DNA from: Camelus ferus
Taxonomy: Eukaryota
DNA length: 64,000 bases
Assembly (NCBI RefSeq): GCF_009834535.1
Contig: NC_045707.1
Coordinates: 55,368,001 to 55,432,000 of the forward strand
Direction: 5' to 3'
A program made the translations under genes and the position numbers. The notes beneath the pieces are model-generated. The model searched no databases. It saw only the letters and a program-made list of their open reading frames with translations, and had not been told where the DNA came from. This document shows positions 26,500 to 39,462 of this stretch, piece after piece (the stretch's first letter is position 1; each line of letters starts with the position of its first letter).

Positions 26500-26563
26500 T
26501 TATAGGAACCCTATGTATTTAGCTCTACTGGTTATAGGAACCCTATGTATTTAGCTCTACTGG
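26500..26563. repeat. perfect 32-bp tandem duplication
   Basis: ttataggaaccctatgtatttagctctactgg x2. Confidence 0.95.
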
Positions 26564-27039
26564 ATTAACATTGTACAATAACTGTTTGCTAGCTTGTCTG
26601 AATCCCCATCTAGAAAATGTATTCCTTGAGCTCAGGGTTAATCCTTGCTGTTTTTGTTTACATTGCTGTTTGTCTTTTTTGTGTTTTTAAGAAATAAATA
26701 GAAACTGAATAAGAGCAATATGTATTTGATAAGACAACACTTGGAAAACTTTCTTCTTCTAACAAAATAAATTTTAGTTCTATTGCATGATACAAGCTTA
26801 TATACTAGATTTCACACTTCTAGACAAAGAGCATAGAAAATACTTCCTTTATTCTAAATGTGAAATAAACAGATCTTCCAAGGGGGAAAATGTAAACATA
26901 TCCTTAGAGACAATTTTAAATGAAGAGAGGAATACTCATCAATTAGAAAGTTGCTTGGATTGAACATAAATATATTATATGTAAGTGTATTGTACATGAA
27001 TGCATAGCAATGAAACTTTTTTGGATTCTTACTATTTTA

Positions 27040-27770
27040 GTTATCAGTTTATTGGTGTCAATCACTTAAAATAATGATTTCCATTTATTAGCTGTCAATT
27101 CTCTGGGGCTGACTGGGCTTAGATGGACTAGTCTTGTTTGTTCCATGTCCCCAGATTTATACTTGTTTGACTTACAACTTTTTGACTTCAAGATGGTGGG
27201 AAAGAAATACACATTCAGTAGAAACTATACTTCAAATTTTGAATTCTCATATGGGGAACGTACTTGTCTCACAATACTGAGTAGAAGCAGCAAGCCACAG
27301 CTTCAGTCAAGCAGGCAGTCATGAGGGGGAACAACCCACGCTTGGTGATGGTAATGGTGGTACTCATACAACCATCCTGTTTCTCACTTTCAGTCTAGTA
27401 CTCAACAAATCACATGAAATACTGAACACTTTAGTATGAAGTAGGCTTTGTGTTAGATAGTTTTGCCCAACTGTAGGCTAATGTATGTGTCCTTAGCACA
27501 TTTAAGTTCGGCTGTGCTACACCATGATGTTCAGTAGACTGGGTGAATTAAATGCATTTTCAGTTGACTATATTTTCAACTTGTGATGTGTTTATCAGGA
27601 TGCAAACTCATTGTAGGTCGAGGAAGAGCTATTCTACCACCTGGACTGCTTTCATCTAGTGGCTTAACCAGAGGTAGGACATTCAACATGACTTACTCAT
27701 GTGAGTCACAATTAGTGCTGGTGTTGGCTGTGGGTTCTGGTATGGTTTCTTTGAGAGAGTTTGACTTGCA
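27040..27770 (-). mobile_element. old MLT1 LTR interrupted by a Tigger-family element
   Basis: ttagttatcagtttattg...cacttaaaataatgatttcc...gttgactgggcttagatgg before the insert; catgacttactcatgtgagt...gtgctggtgttggctg after it. Confidence 0.5.
27152..27632 (-). mobile_element. MER47/Tigger5-like TcMar-Tigger element
   Basis: cattcagtagaaactatacttc; tttgcccaactgtaggctaatgta; ttaaatgcattttc...tattttcaactt..gatgtgtttatcagga...tgtaggtcgagga. Confidence 0.75.
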
Positions 27771-27799
27771 CAGTTGGGTAAGATAGGTAAATGATAAGT

Positions 27800-28380
27800 C
27801 TGGTTTAAAGAATTAGGTCATAGAAAGCTTGAATAGCACGTTCAGGAATTTGACTTGTAATAACTACTGGCAGATTATAAAATATAGTGAGCAAAAGACT
27901 GATTTTTAAAATGTCTTTATTTTTTATGAAGGTAGTTTTGGTGACTGGATAAAAGATACTTCGGGACAGAAAGGGACCAATTTCGGATGCCATTTCCATG
28001 TACTAGCTGGGAGTTTACAAAAGACAGATATAGAACAGTAACATTAGTGGGAGAGAAGAGAAAGAACATTTGAAAGGCATTTATCATATCAGATTACTAG
28101 GACTTCATTGACTATCTCAGGGAGAAATGGGAGTGATCATGTTTTGAGAATGAGTTTGAAGCTTTAAGCTTGGGGAATTAGACAGTTCTGACATCACTCA
28201 TGGAGACAGAAAACAGAAAAAGGCATAAAATTTCTGAGGAAAGTAACGAGTCCAGTTTAGTTTTTACCAAATCTAAGGTAGCTTTGGGACATCTGGGTAC
28301 TTTGAAATATGGCTCTCAGCATGAAAAGAAAAAGAGGAGTTAGAAATATAGAGTTTGCAATTATCAAAGAAGTACTTTGG
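27800..28380 (-). mobile_element. L2 fragment
   Basis: purine-rich antisense L2 motifs (aggaatttgacttgt; gagtccagtttag...aatctaaggtagctttgggacatc). Confidence 0.45.
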
Positions 28381-29529
28381 AAAATAGCATTGCTCAGGTT
28401 GGGACTGGTATTTTTATATTACTATAAGACTGTCAATTGATTCAGCAGTATTATCAAAGAAACCAAACAGCATGAAAAATGCTCCTATTAGAATAAGTAG
28501 GGGGAAAATAGCCTAAGCTGAATGTATAATATGTATTCAACAGTCATCTTTTAGTTCGTTGGATTCAGAGGCTGCATTTTGTCTTTCTCCTCCTTGCTGT
28601 CTCCTTTTGAGCTAAACTGCATATACTAGGGCCGTGTGGATGGTGAAAATTGCTTGTATGACTAAGTGGTACAGCCCTTCAGGCCGACTTTTCCAGTTGC
28701 TCTTTATGTGAAACAAAATGTAGATTTTTAAAGATCTAATGAAGGTGTAACAACAGGCTTTTTTATTCCAAGTATTAAAGTAACTACTGAAGGAAAAAAA
28801 TTAGCTTCTGATTCCTTCTTTTTTGTAAATAGACATTTGATGGTCAATTCAAGGGTAAATAATAAGAGATCAAGAAACTATTTGCAGAATAATTTTAAAG
28901 AGTACTTCCTCAAGAATGTCAATTGCCTGGAGTGTTTATAGAAGAGGGTAGAAAACCTTTTCTAATATTCCACATAATAACTACCCCAAAGCCAGATTTT
29001 GATTTTAACACCAGGACCAAACCTCAGGATGGAACCCACAAGGCTAGGAGCCATTAATAATACATATGAAGAGAAATGTAAAATAAATATAATGAGTAAT
29101 AAAGATGAAATTATGAAACTTTCAAAAAAGATACTTTAGAGAACATAGAAATATTTCAGTATAACTAGAGAAGTGTGACATTTGAAATGATTTTATTAAT
29201 CCAACACATCTCTTTTATCATTATATAAATATACTAATATTTTTGCTGAAACTCTGAAGTTACAGAAAAGCATAAAATGTGAAATGAGTCACTCATCATC
29301 CCAATATTAAAAGGAAAGCTCTACATTTAGGCATCTAAATGTAGATCAATATAGCATACCATATGTAGTATAATAATTGTGTATATACACACAGTAAAAA
29401 ATTTACAAACGAACTATGAACATTTTCCTGTGACTAAATAATCCATTTATCTTTATAGGAGTCAATTTTATGATTTCATCATAATTTATTTATCAGTCTT
29501 TAAGTATAATTTAAAATTATTGGATGGCA

Positions 29530-30440
29530 GGCAGTGATAGAGTAGTATATGGAACAGTTATCAAAGAAATGGTCTCCAGGACTGAACAACGATAATGAAA
29601 CCAAAATGAAAATAAAATGACCACAGAATGTTTGTTGCAACAGTGATTAGCTAAAGTCGGGGGAGGAGGGGGAGAGGTGGGGGGGCATTAGATTAAGAAG
29701 GACTTTGAAAGCCACACTTAAGAGTTCACATTTTATCCTGAGGGCATGTTTGCTTACAGAGGCATACTTTAATAAGATCAATGTTTTTGAAAGTGTGATC
29801 AAGTGGCCATGTTAGGGGAGCAGAGCGAGGAGAGATTGAAGACAGGCAGACCTGCAAAGTGGTTACTGTTTTAATCCCAGCCAGAGATGAAAGGGATGGC
29901 ATAGGGAGTGGGAAAAAGGAGGCAGATTAAGAGAAACATTTTGAATAACAATGTCATACAACGATCAGAGAGGAAAAACAAACATTCGTTTTGAACAGGA
30001 AATTTAAAGCTATGGCAAACCCCCAACTCGAAATTGTGGTGGCTACTTGGAGTATAATAATGAAAGTCTGTGTTGAAGTTCTTAATAACTTAACAAATGA
30101 ATTTAACTGTACAAAAGTCACCTGCGATGTTAGAACCTTGAGCAAGCGTAAACTAAGGAGAAAAGACTAAGAGCGAACAGCAAAAGTTTGAGAAGTACAT
30201 GGAGGGGATGCCCACGGTGAGGAAGACAAGAGGAGGAAAATAACCAACCAGGATGAGGAGAAAAAGAAAGCAGAAGCCTATGGATCTGGGCAACAGGGTC
30301 ACATTAGAGAAAGGAATAAAATATTGAGGCCTGGAAGGACTGTTGGCTTTGACAAAGAGTTCTTGTGGTGATTTCAAGAAGGCAGTGTCAGACAATTTAT
30401 GGGAGATTAGAGTCAGACTGCAGAGTGAGGAAAATAATGG
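29530..30440 (-). mobile_element. L2 fragment
   Basis: gccacacttaagagttcacattttatcctgagggc; gttactgttttaatcccagccagagatga; ggtgatttcaagaaggcagtgtcag. Confidence 0.55.
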
Positions 30441-31359
30441 AATTCAGAAAATGTCTTCATTCGGCCTAAAAGAATGACTATTTAAAAGAGGGAAAGAGGC
30501 GAGCCGCCATATAACTTAATCGAGGGTAGTTGTTTTGTTTGTGTGTTTCTGTTTTTGGTGGGGTTTTGTTTTTGTTTTGTTTGTTTGTTTTTGGGAAATA
30601 ATGATTAAATTTGAACACAGAGCAATTAGCCAAAAGAAAACTTTTTCTTTTTTTAAATCATTTTTAAAATTTTTTTTAGGAGTTTATCTTACAGAAAATC
30701 TGGGGACTTGACAGAGTTCACTTAATTTTTGATCCTTTCGCCATCCCCAGGATACATGGAAGACAAAGTGCATAGCACATGGTTAGCAGAGGGAGAAGCA
30801 GGCACACTCACGCTGCATGTAGAGCCTCACAATTGTTCTACGCTCTCGGGGAAATTTCCTGGCCTCTCTTTGCCCCCCATGATCTCTCCGGTTCCTAAAC
30901 TCTGTTGTAGCAGTTGGTTATACAGGACTTTGACATTTAGCTAATATCCTTTAATACAATATGTAAGATTTAATATATACTTGCACTTCTAATTATGGCA
31001 TGTTTATTTGGTGTAAAGATATATATAGCCAGGGGTGTTGGAATGAAAGACAATTGGGCATAACTTGAAATATGTGCAGTGTAAACCAGCAACTGCCCCT
31101 TAATAGTAACTGTGACAATCTAACCCCTTCAAGCTCTACTGCTATTTTCATTCCTACATCCTTGCACCATGTTTGGTGTTTTCCTTCATTTCCTGAGACT
31201 TGTTTCAGCCCAGAAGAGTCAGAATTTTCCTTTTAATTACATATCAAATAATATCTTAGTAGGCTGCCTCCTGTTTAATTTTAAATTCTAGGGAGACTGA
31301 TCAGTAGGCGCTTGGCTGCAGATCCCTGGGATCAAAAACCTGATTAACCCATTGTTTGC

Positions 31360-31532
31360 TAAGGTCAGTTTCACATTGTAATGGGAAATCTTTTAAAAAT
31401 CTTTCAAAAATACAAATTCCTGGCTGTCACTGCATACATTGTAATTTAATCTGTATGGAGTGTGACCTGGGAATCAGAACTTTTTGATCACTGCAGATGA
31501 TTCTAATGTGCAGAGAAGTTTGGAAACTACTG
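31360..31532. mobile_element. MER5-like hAT element
   Basis: aaaatacaaattcctggc...gacctgggaatcagaacttttt...cagatgattctaatgtgcagagaagtttggaaactactgg. Confidence 0.6.
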
Positions 31533-31799
31533 GATTACCCCTTTGTCTCTGTGTCTTAGAGTGCACGTGCACACATCTTGTCTCTGAGCAGAAATCATGC
31601 CACCTGATTTCTACCTTTCTGGGATCCCAGTTTTCCTCTCGAGATAAGGGGACCCAATTCGTTTAACCATTTCCTACTGTCATAGCTTGCACAATAGAAC
31701 TAGCACAGAGGTTTTCAATTATTCTGGTACTTACCCCCCACTCACCCCAACCCAAGATATGCCTTCTTACTTTTGGTAAGGAAGCGTTTTCTGGACTTG

Positions 31800-32900
31800 G
31801 AGGAGCAGGTTGCTCCTAAAAGTCTGCCATTTCAGCAGCCTATGAATTCCATTCTCAAGCCTTTGCTTTTAAAGTTGCTACATTTCAACCTCATTGACTG
31901 TAAGGAATCGTTTTGTCCAGGCTTTGATCACTAATCCAATAGAACACATTAAAACCCTAAGTCTCGGTGAGTGCTCATTAAGTTAATGAGTTCAACCTGA
32001 TCAAGACATGATACATGATCATGATGCATGATTAAGTCATGTATCTTTTCTTCCCTATAGTCCAACACTTTTAGATTGCTCTCCATAATACTCCACAGTT
32101 TCCTGCTGATACAGTGCTTAGAACTTAAAACTTTTTTGGTGTAATAACTATCTCTCGGTAGATAACAGTATATGTTTGAGTTAACTAGGGCCCCTAAGTC
32201 TATGGATAGACCTGGAGGCAATACTCTGGAAAGAGATTATCTTGAGGAGAATTGGCATTAGTTCATGAGATGTCTTTCTCAGAGTAAACTATGGGATGAC
32301 TTTTATGCATAGGAGAGCAGTTTCCTGGGGAAGGGAAAGGCTGCTTTGTCCAGGAAGAGCTCAAAGAAATTTGGAAGTTATCAGCCTCTTCCATGTATGC
32401 TCCCAAATCCCTATCCCATATCTCAAGTTGTGTTACCTCCCCCCTAGTACCCCTACCCAATTAGCACTGTAAACCTACCACTGCTACAGTCTAACCTAAA
32501 CTTCATCTTCAGCCATATTACCTTTTATATTACTGGAGTTAAGATGCTCCTTCAAAGATTCCATGCAGGCTCTCTGTTTCTTAACATTGTAGATTTTAGT
32601 TCTCTTTTTCCCTCTGTAAACTCTCTACAGCCATAGGAAATAGCCAATTGACTGCACAATGTTTATAACCATTGCTGCTTAAGCCAAAAGGGGCTTGTTC
32701 TCTCAACCCTTTTTCTTTTACCTACACTTCAACTCATGCCACAACAGACATAATTGAATCTGTTGATGATTCAACAGAAGAGGAGCACTTCTTGACATAG
32801 ATTATCCATGGATCTTTTCTCCACTCCACCTTCCACTAGCAATGAATTTATCCCAATATTCATTTACTTTTTGACCAATCCAATCTCAAAATACCATAGT
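31800..32900 (-). mobile_element. ERVL internal region with decayed gag
   Basis: ORF 31949-32221 LKVLDYREEKI...LDQVELINLMSTHRDLGF resembles recalled ERVL gag LRVWDNGGRNIKLDQAEFIDMGPLSRDSAF; ORF 32263-32460 EIWDRDLGAYMEEAD resembles ETWNGDVWEDPDEAG; order is collinear. Confidence 0.65.
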
Positions 32901-32924
32901 AAGTGTCTGTTTCTTGGGGTCAAT

Positions 32925-33400
32925 TCATTTACCAATTACCCTACCAAATCAGGGCCTCAATAGGAGATACTTGGCACACTCAAGACAAGATAAGTTGAGG
33001 TTAATTAATTTATAAACAGCCCATTTATAAAAGGCTAAATGTAGTAGAAACAGGAGGGATAGTCCTGGGCTTAGCAGAACCACACCTCTTGCCATTCCTA
33101 GTCCCGTTGAAAAAGAGGGTAGGGACATTGGTTTGGGGAACCTGGAAGTAAATAATTCTGTAGGGTTGGCATGGACTTTGTCAGTCAAAGAAAATAGCCA
33201 GCTCTTTGCAGGGAAGGATCCAGGGGGAAATAACCTGGCCACTTTGTTCTGTCTTCCTTTGTTCTCATGTTAGGGTTTCCTGTTTGCCAAATTCAACCTG
33301 AAACCCAAAGACATGGGAGCTTGCTAATGTGGTTTCTACAAATCTTCCTCACAGACTAGAGAGCAGGGTTTACAATCGTGGAGAGGAGATATGAAGATTA
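32925..33400. mobile_element. old ERVL-class LTR adjoining the gag remnant
   Basis: tcagggcctcaataggagatacttggcacactcaa... LTR-like text lying 5' of gag on the - strand; family not resolved. Confidence 0.4.
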
Positions 33401-33529
33401 AGATACCTCGTGTACTCTAAGTTTAGAATAACTGCTTGGAACTTATACATTTTAATGGCTAGGAAACAGGTTTTTTTGTGGGTTTTTTTGTTTTTTTTTT
33501 TTTAAAGAGGAAAGATTTGCCAGTATTTT

Positions 33530-34184
33530 GTTTTGTTTTACTTTATTTTTTTTTAAACCTTCCCCCTTTAATTGCAAGTTAATGATTGAGATACATAAAA
33601 AATGATGGAACATTTCTGAGTATTTTCGGGTATCTGTCAATCTCATTTCAGTGATTATTTTTTTGTTTTTTTCAAAAGCCTTTTTTTCATTTTCATATAC
33701 ATTTTCCTTAAAGGTTATTACAAGATATTGAACATAGTTCTCTGTGCAATACAGAAGTAACTTTTTTAAAGTCTGTTTTTATATGTAGTGGCTAACATTT
33801 GCAAATCTCAAACTCCCAAATTTATCCCTTCCCACCCCAGTAACTATGAGATTGTTTACTATGTCTGTGAGTCTGTTTCTGTTTTGTAGATGAATTCTTA
33901 GTGTCCTTTTTTTTCTCCCTTTTTTCTTATTTTTAGATTCCACATATAAGTGATATCATATGGTATTTTTCTTTCTCTTTCTGGCTTACTTCACTTAGAA
34001 TGACAATCTCCAGGTCCATCCATGTTGCTGCAAATGGCATTATTTTATTCTTTTTTATGGCTGAGTAGTATTCCATTGTATAAATATATCACAACTTCTT
34101 TGTCTAGTCATCTGTCGATGGACATTTAGGTTGTTTCCATGTCTTGGCTATTGTATATAGTGCTGCTATGGACGTTGGGGTGCA
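33530..34184 (-). mobile_element. young 5'-truncated LINE-1 with an extra non-L1 segment at its 3' end
   Basis: L1 3' UTR/ORF2 end at ~33690-34184, similar to 4110-4600; TSD tgcca[g/c]tatttt at 33518-33529 and 34185-34196. Confidence 0.85.
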
Positions 34185-35499
34185 TGCCACTATTTTAATA
34201 CTAGAATTATTTTCAAAGTCATTTTAATCAAACTTTTACTACTTAGAATTTGTGTAAAACAAGAGCTGCATTATATTGAGTGTGTCCTGTATGTCAAGCA
34301 CATTCCAAATGTATTTCATTTATTGTCATGTATTGTCAAACAATTCTGTTGCTGTATATCCATTGTTAGGTATTTTTGTACCAATTTTGTGGTTCTGAAC
34401 TGGTGCTTGATAACATTAGCTTGTTTTGTCACATAGATTGTAAGTGGAAATTTAAGATAGGACTTCTGCTCTGTTTGACTGCAAATCCAAAACACTACAT
34501 CAGAACACTACACTAATAGGTATGATATTGGGGAAATTTTTCAACATTTATCTTCCTAAGTACAATTCAGTTATTCACAGGGCATCTTCTATGAGGCAGA
34601 CAGTTTAACAAAGATCATGGTAGTCATGAAGAGGGATATGACATAGATCTCTTTCTTGACATGAATATGGTGTTTTAGAGAGTCAGTGTGCCTAGAAGCA
34701 CTAAAGAAATAGATGCATAAGAGACATGGGTGACAACATCATAGTCATGGCATGACCTGCAGCATTGTATCAGAAAAGTTTGCAGTGACCAAGGAAGCAA
34801 TTCCAGCTTCCAGGAGTGAGGCCAGCAAGCCTTGGAAAACCAAATAGGGTTTAAAGATAGGCTCCTCTTCTATTAGGATAACAAATAAAATCAAGAACTC
34901 AATATGCACTTGAAGGTAGGAATAAGACTTGAGTTTATTATTAAATTTGTAATTTAAAAAAAAAAGTCCAAAATTGTCTGGCATTTGAGGAAATTTCAGA
35001 GAGGGTAGGGTACTGACATCATGGAGGAAGAGTGTCCAGCCTACCTTTGGTCATCTTGCTTTCTCTTCTCTCACCTGCGTGACTTTTAGTCACCCCTACC
35101 TAACCTCGTTAACAGGAAGGAAAAATGAAGGTACTCAAAATTTGAGATGTAGTCATTCCTCATTCCTCATTTGGTGATCTCAGATCTTTACAAACAGAGC
35201 TCTGTATTTACCCTAAAGTATCACTGCTTTTGGAAGAAACCTGAAAAGATAAATCTCAGATACTCAATGTGAAAATTATGTGTTTTGTTTCTCACTCTGT
35301 GATAATGGGTTGGCTGCTTGAAGATGTTGAAGAAAAAATGCAGTTCTTTTGCAATATCCATTCTCCTAATCATTTAGGAAAACACAAACACACACACACA
35401 TTGGTCTCAGTGACATAAATTCAATAAGCAATAAAGGCAATCTCCTTTTGGAAAAAAAGTTTACTCTCCTAAATTAGTTCACAAAATTACTAAATATAT

Positions 35500-35975
35500 G
35501 TTGCTGTAGTATGTTCTTGCTTAATTTCTTAATATCCATTTTATCCCCCGTGATTAATCAAAGCCCATCCTGGCATGACTATTTGGTAATAATTGGCACA
35601 TGATCCAGCCAGGTAAGATGCATGTTACAGCCCTGACCAATGAGAACGAAAGAGAAATCTGCTAAGGGCTTCAAGGAAAGGTTTATATGTTTCTGAAAAG
35701 GAGAGGTAAAAAAGATATGCACATCTTCATATTGACACTGACAAATAGAGATGTTAAGCTTGGAAGTTCCATGGCCATCTCACTACCAACCTGATTAAAT
35801 GGCCACGCACAAGGAGAAGTACAGACTAAGAGGAACACTGAGTAAGAAGTGGAAATAGTGCTCCAGCAGACCCTGCCTGGAGCTCCATTGGCTGTCATGT
35901 CTTTTATTTTTGAGTCTGTGTATTTCCTTATTGCTCAAGTGGGCAGAATTTTCTGCTACGAACAAAATACCCACC
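35500..35975 (+). mobile_element. ancient ERVL/MaLR LTR (LTR16 or MLT1K-like)
   Basis: ggcacatgatcca...tgaccaatgagaacgaaagagaaatctgctaagggcttc...gttccatggccatct...atttccttattgctcaagt. Confidence 0.5.
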
Positions 35976-37529
35976 CAAAGCTGTAGACATAAACCATGGA
36001 TATCTTGGGTGAGATCGTATTCACAGATATACATTACAGAAAATAATTCCAACATTGACCAGCTGTGCTCAAAGATCATACAGAGTGGCCTGTACTTCAC
36101 TTGTGCATCTCTTCTGTCCACACATACTCTGTACTCTCTGGTACTTCTCAGGGATATTATCTTGCTTTTGTATGACTTCTGTTTACTACACAGTCTCCCC
36201 TGCAAAATCTTCAACAACAAAAAATGCATCCTATGCAGTTCTTTGAGGAATGTGGGTCATTCTGTCTTTTGATGAGTACTTGTATTTGGAGAATGCACCA
36301 GTGCCCCTGTGCAGCATTTGCCCATTATTCTGTAAGAAAATGGGGGGACGTGGGGGAGATTAAAAGACAAGGGCATAATGTTCTATGGGAGAGCTGGGCA
36401 TATAGTTGAGAGATGAGAGGAAGGGAAAGTCTGTGAACTGCAGCAAATAATTGGTCTGTATACATGGGTGAAGAGGTAAATAACATTTTCCAAAATCAAT
36501 AAAAATTGCCAAGAATTATAGAATCTACACTGGGAAGAAAATAACATAAACATTCTAAGCTCAGAGTTACTGTTTATTATTTCAGTGACAGTAGATGAAT
36601 TTCTATTGAAATATCGCCTAAGACTGAGTGGAAGTTACTTTAATGAGAGAAAAATACTATTATTATTTTATGGCACTGCTACTTTATATTTCAGTATCAT
36701 CTGTGTTTATAGCTTTGTAAAGTGATTAAAAATTGAGTGGCCATCATTTGCTCTTAGTCTATGATTGAATTGCTCTGGAAATCATTGTAATGTTATATGG
36801 ATTAAGGCTATCCAATTTATAACATTCTAACGTAAGTAGTAAACAAAGATGAGTTTTTATAATGTCAAATGTATAATAAAATAAGCCATTTTACTTCTTC
36901 CATGGCTTCATTTCATTTTTATCACCTTCAAATGACTAATCACACCTTTTTTATAATAAAGTTCATTTTGAAGACATTTTGCAGTCTGTTAAATACAGTA
37001 AGCCTGCTCAGGACAATTTGGTTTTAGTTTTGTTTATCGTGAAGTTAACAAACAAATACCAACTTCAAGGAGGTTCTAAAAATAATACTCATTAGTTAAA
37101 CAGTTTAAGAATAATTTTCTAATAAAGATTGATATATTGAACAACTGTAAAATGGTTCTTCATAAAACACTAGTGAGGACACAAAGTAGACATGTAGTGG
37201 GTATTACTAAAGACAGTACTGCGGTAGAGAGGATTTTACTGGTCGAATTTGGATTTCCTCCAACGCTTTGATTCTCTGTTACTTTATTAAACTCAGTTAG
37301 GCTGTCTTCCCTTAAAACTATCCACTTTTTTAGTTTCTACATTTTGGAAGTTGGGTGACCTTAGAATAACACTTAATTGAGATATTTTGCTTATTTAATA
37401 CTCACTTTTTGGGAGTGAAATATGGGGTAAGGGGAATCTTAGGTTATGTCCTTGGCTTCTATGGGTGAAATGACAATCATTTTTATGAATGTATTAAAGC
37501 TACACAGACACCCCCCCCCCCAAACACAA

Positions 37530-38270
37530 GAGACATTTCCTCAAGCAATATAAAATCTACTGGTGACTGGGGAGTTACGTAGGGTAGTTAAGTGTTAAGG
37601 GGACATACAAGCAGAGGAAGAAGTCTAATGCTCACTGAGTGAGTCAGGGAAAAGTTCTTCGAGGAAGTGACTCTGAAGATGAAACCAGGAGGATATATTA
37701 GAATTAATCAGAAGCAGCATAGGCTGTTAGCAGCAAAGGAAGTTCTGGGTACAAATGTTATAGAGCTCCAAGGATTTGAATCCAGATGAAGAATAAAGAG
37801 CAAGGGGTGGGGGAAGAATGGAATGCAGAGGCATGCCAGAAATCTGGTAGGGGAGCCTTTGATGTTCATAACGACACTTCCCCAGTTTTCTTCAGGATGT
37901 GTTAGAAGAATTTAAAATAGTGAAACGAAGAATTCAAAATAATGAAACGACCTGTTCAGACTTGTCTTTCAGAAAAAATTCATGTGGATAAAATAATGCA
38001 GGTATATTGGAAGGGATTAAATATAAATAAAATTGGGGGAAATATTCTGAGCAAGAAAACGTGATTGTATTGAGGTTTGTGATATTATAAATGAGAGAAA
38101 AGGATGAATTGGAGCAGAATTAAAGAAATATTAAGTAGACAGAACATATGATTGATTAATTCTATGAGAGAGAAGTGGGAATTAGAAGGGTGGGTTGGGA
38201 AAAATAAAACTGGTACCAAGGTTTGAGGATGGGGATATTGGATATATGATGATGGTGTTCCTTAGATAAC
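37530..38270 (-). mobile_element. L2 fragment
   Basis: gagtcagggaaaagttcttcgaggaagtgactctgaagatgaaacc; atgatgatggtgttcc. Confidence 0.55.
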
Positions 38271-38964
38271 TTTTAAGTAAGTTTCAGAATACCTCTAACT
38301 TTTCCAAACATTCTAAGTAAATAAATGATACCCTGGAAAGTCAGGAAGATATTTGACTCAGTTATTCCCAGATAACATAGTCAGTGAAGTACAAGTTAAC
38401 ATTTAAAGAGTATCTGAAGATTAAAATTCATCTGTTAGACAAAGCTTGATGTGGAACCTGCATCTCTGAAATCTGTTATTTTCCTAAATATCCATCAGGC
38501 ATTGCTATCTAATAAAAAGACACACATATGCTTAGACTATGTGCCCTGGCAATGGCACAGCATTTCCTGTGTTTGAAGCCAGTCCCGTTATGGTACAGAC
38601 GTGGATTTCTGAAGCTTTCAGACCTTGCAAGGCCATCCGTGGTCATGGTGTTCTCTTTGCCATGGGATGCTGTTTGCCATCGGCAGTGTTCCATCTTTGC
38701 AGCTTGAGAACACAGGAAGCACCTTTTCCTAAGTGGTCTACCACGGCTCTTCACAGTCTCTTTGATGTTGCATTAAAAACAGCTTTTAGCTAAAGCTTTT
38801 CTCTTTAGAGTTTTGAAGTGTAGTAAAAGGCACCAATTTTAGGAGGGAGGGAGATTATGTGTGTTTGTATGTGAGATGGACTACGTAAGGGGCTTGTAAA
38901 TTGTATTTTCTCTTAAACACAATTCAAAGACTTTCCATGTCCATTATCTCTGCTGGATGTCTTT

Positions 38965-39462
38965 CGTGGACTGATTACAACAATGGTACAAATTTTCCAA
39001 CCCTCCCTATATGCAGATTTTGCAGTGTGACTTTGCAGTTCTCCCCCTTATAAGCTGGAGTTTGTTTCCCTAGTCCTTGAACCTGAGCTGTCACTTGTTT
39101 AAACCAGCAGAATGTGGCAGAAGTGATGCAGTGTCAGTTCAGAGCCAAAGACTGGAGTCCTTGCATACTTTTTTCTGTTGCTTTTCTGCCTTTGCTATGA
39201 GAATGAGCCTTGATTAGCCTCCAGCATGTGGAGGGCAGCTGACTTGCATAGTCGACGGGAGACTGACTCCGAACATGCGAGTGAGTCCAGACAAAATTAG
39301 CACAGTTGCTTGTCTGTCCCACAGCTAACTGCAGAGGTGTGAGGAAGCCAGATAAGACCAGAAGAACTGCCAGCTATGGGATAAACTTGTAAACAATAAG
39401 GCACAGAAATCATTTTAAGTCACCAAGTTTGTGGTGGCTTGCACTGCAGCAATAGCTGACTA
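38965..39462 (+). mobile_element. MaLR solo LTR, MLT1G/H-like
   Basis: tttgcagtgtgactttgcagttctcc...ccttgaacctgagctg...cagcagaatgtggcagaagtga...ttttaagtcaccaagtttgtggtggcttg...gcagcaatagctgac. Confidence 0.8.

Larger units (their letters stand above)
25790..26700 (+). mobile_element. L2 LINE, decayed
   Basis: tcccataggcacttcaaactc; ccagtgagatctttgtcaaatagaaatttgat; ttgtctgaatccccatctagaaaatgtattccttgag. Confidence 0.55.

Noticed and set aside
26203..26563. Short direct repeats as a CRISPR-like array
   Set aside because: Only two adjacent copies each, no spacers, and mammalian context.
35795..36272. Longest ORFs in the track (144 aa on -, 120 aa on +), overlapping
   Set aside because: No recognisable domain, both begin or end inside a decayed LTR, and there is no convincing splice context; likely chance.
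38509..38793. Overlapping ORFs on both strands in a slightly GC-richer patch
   Set aside because: No recognisable protein and no clear splice sites; cannot be supported as CDS.
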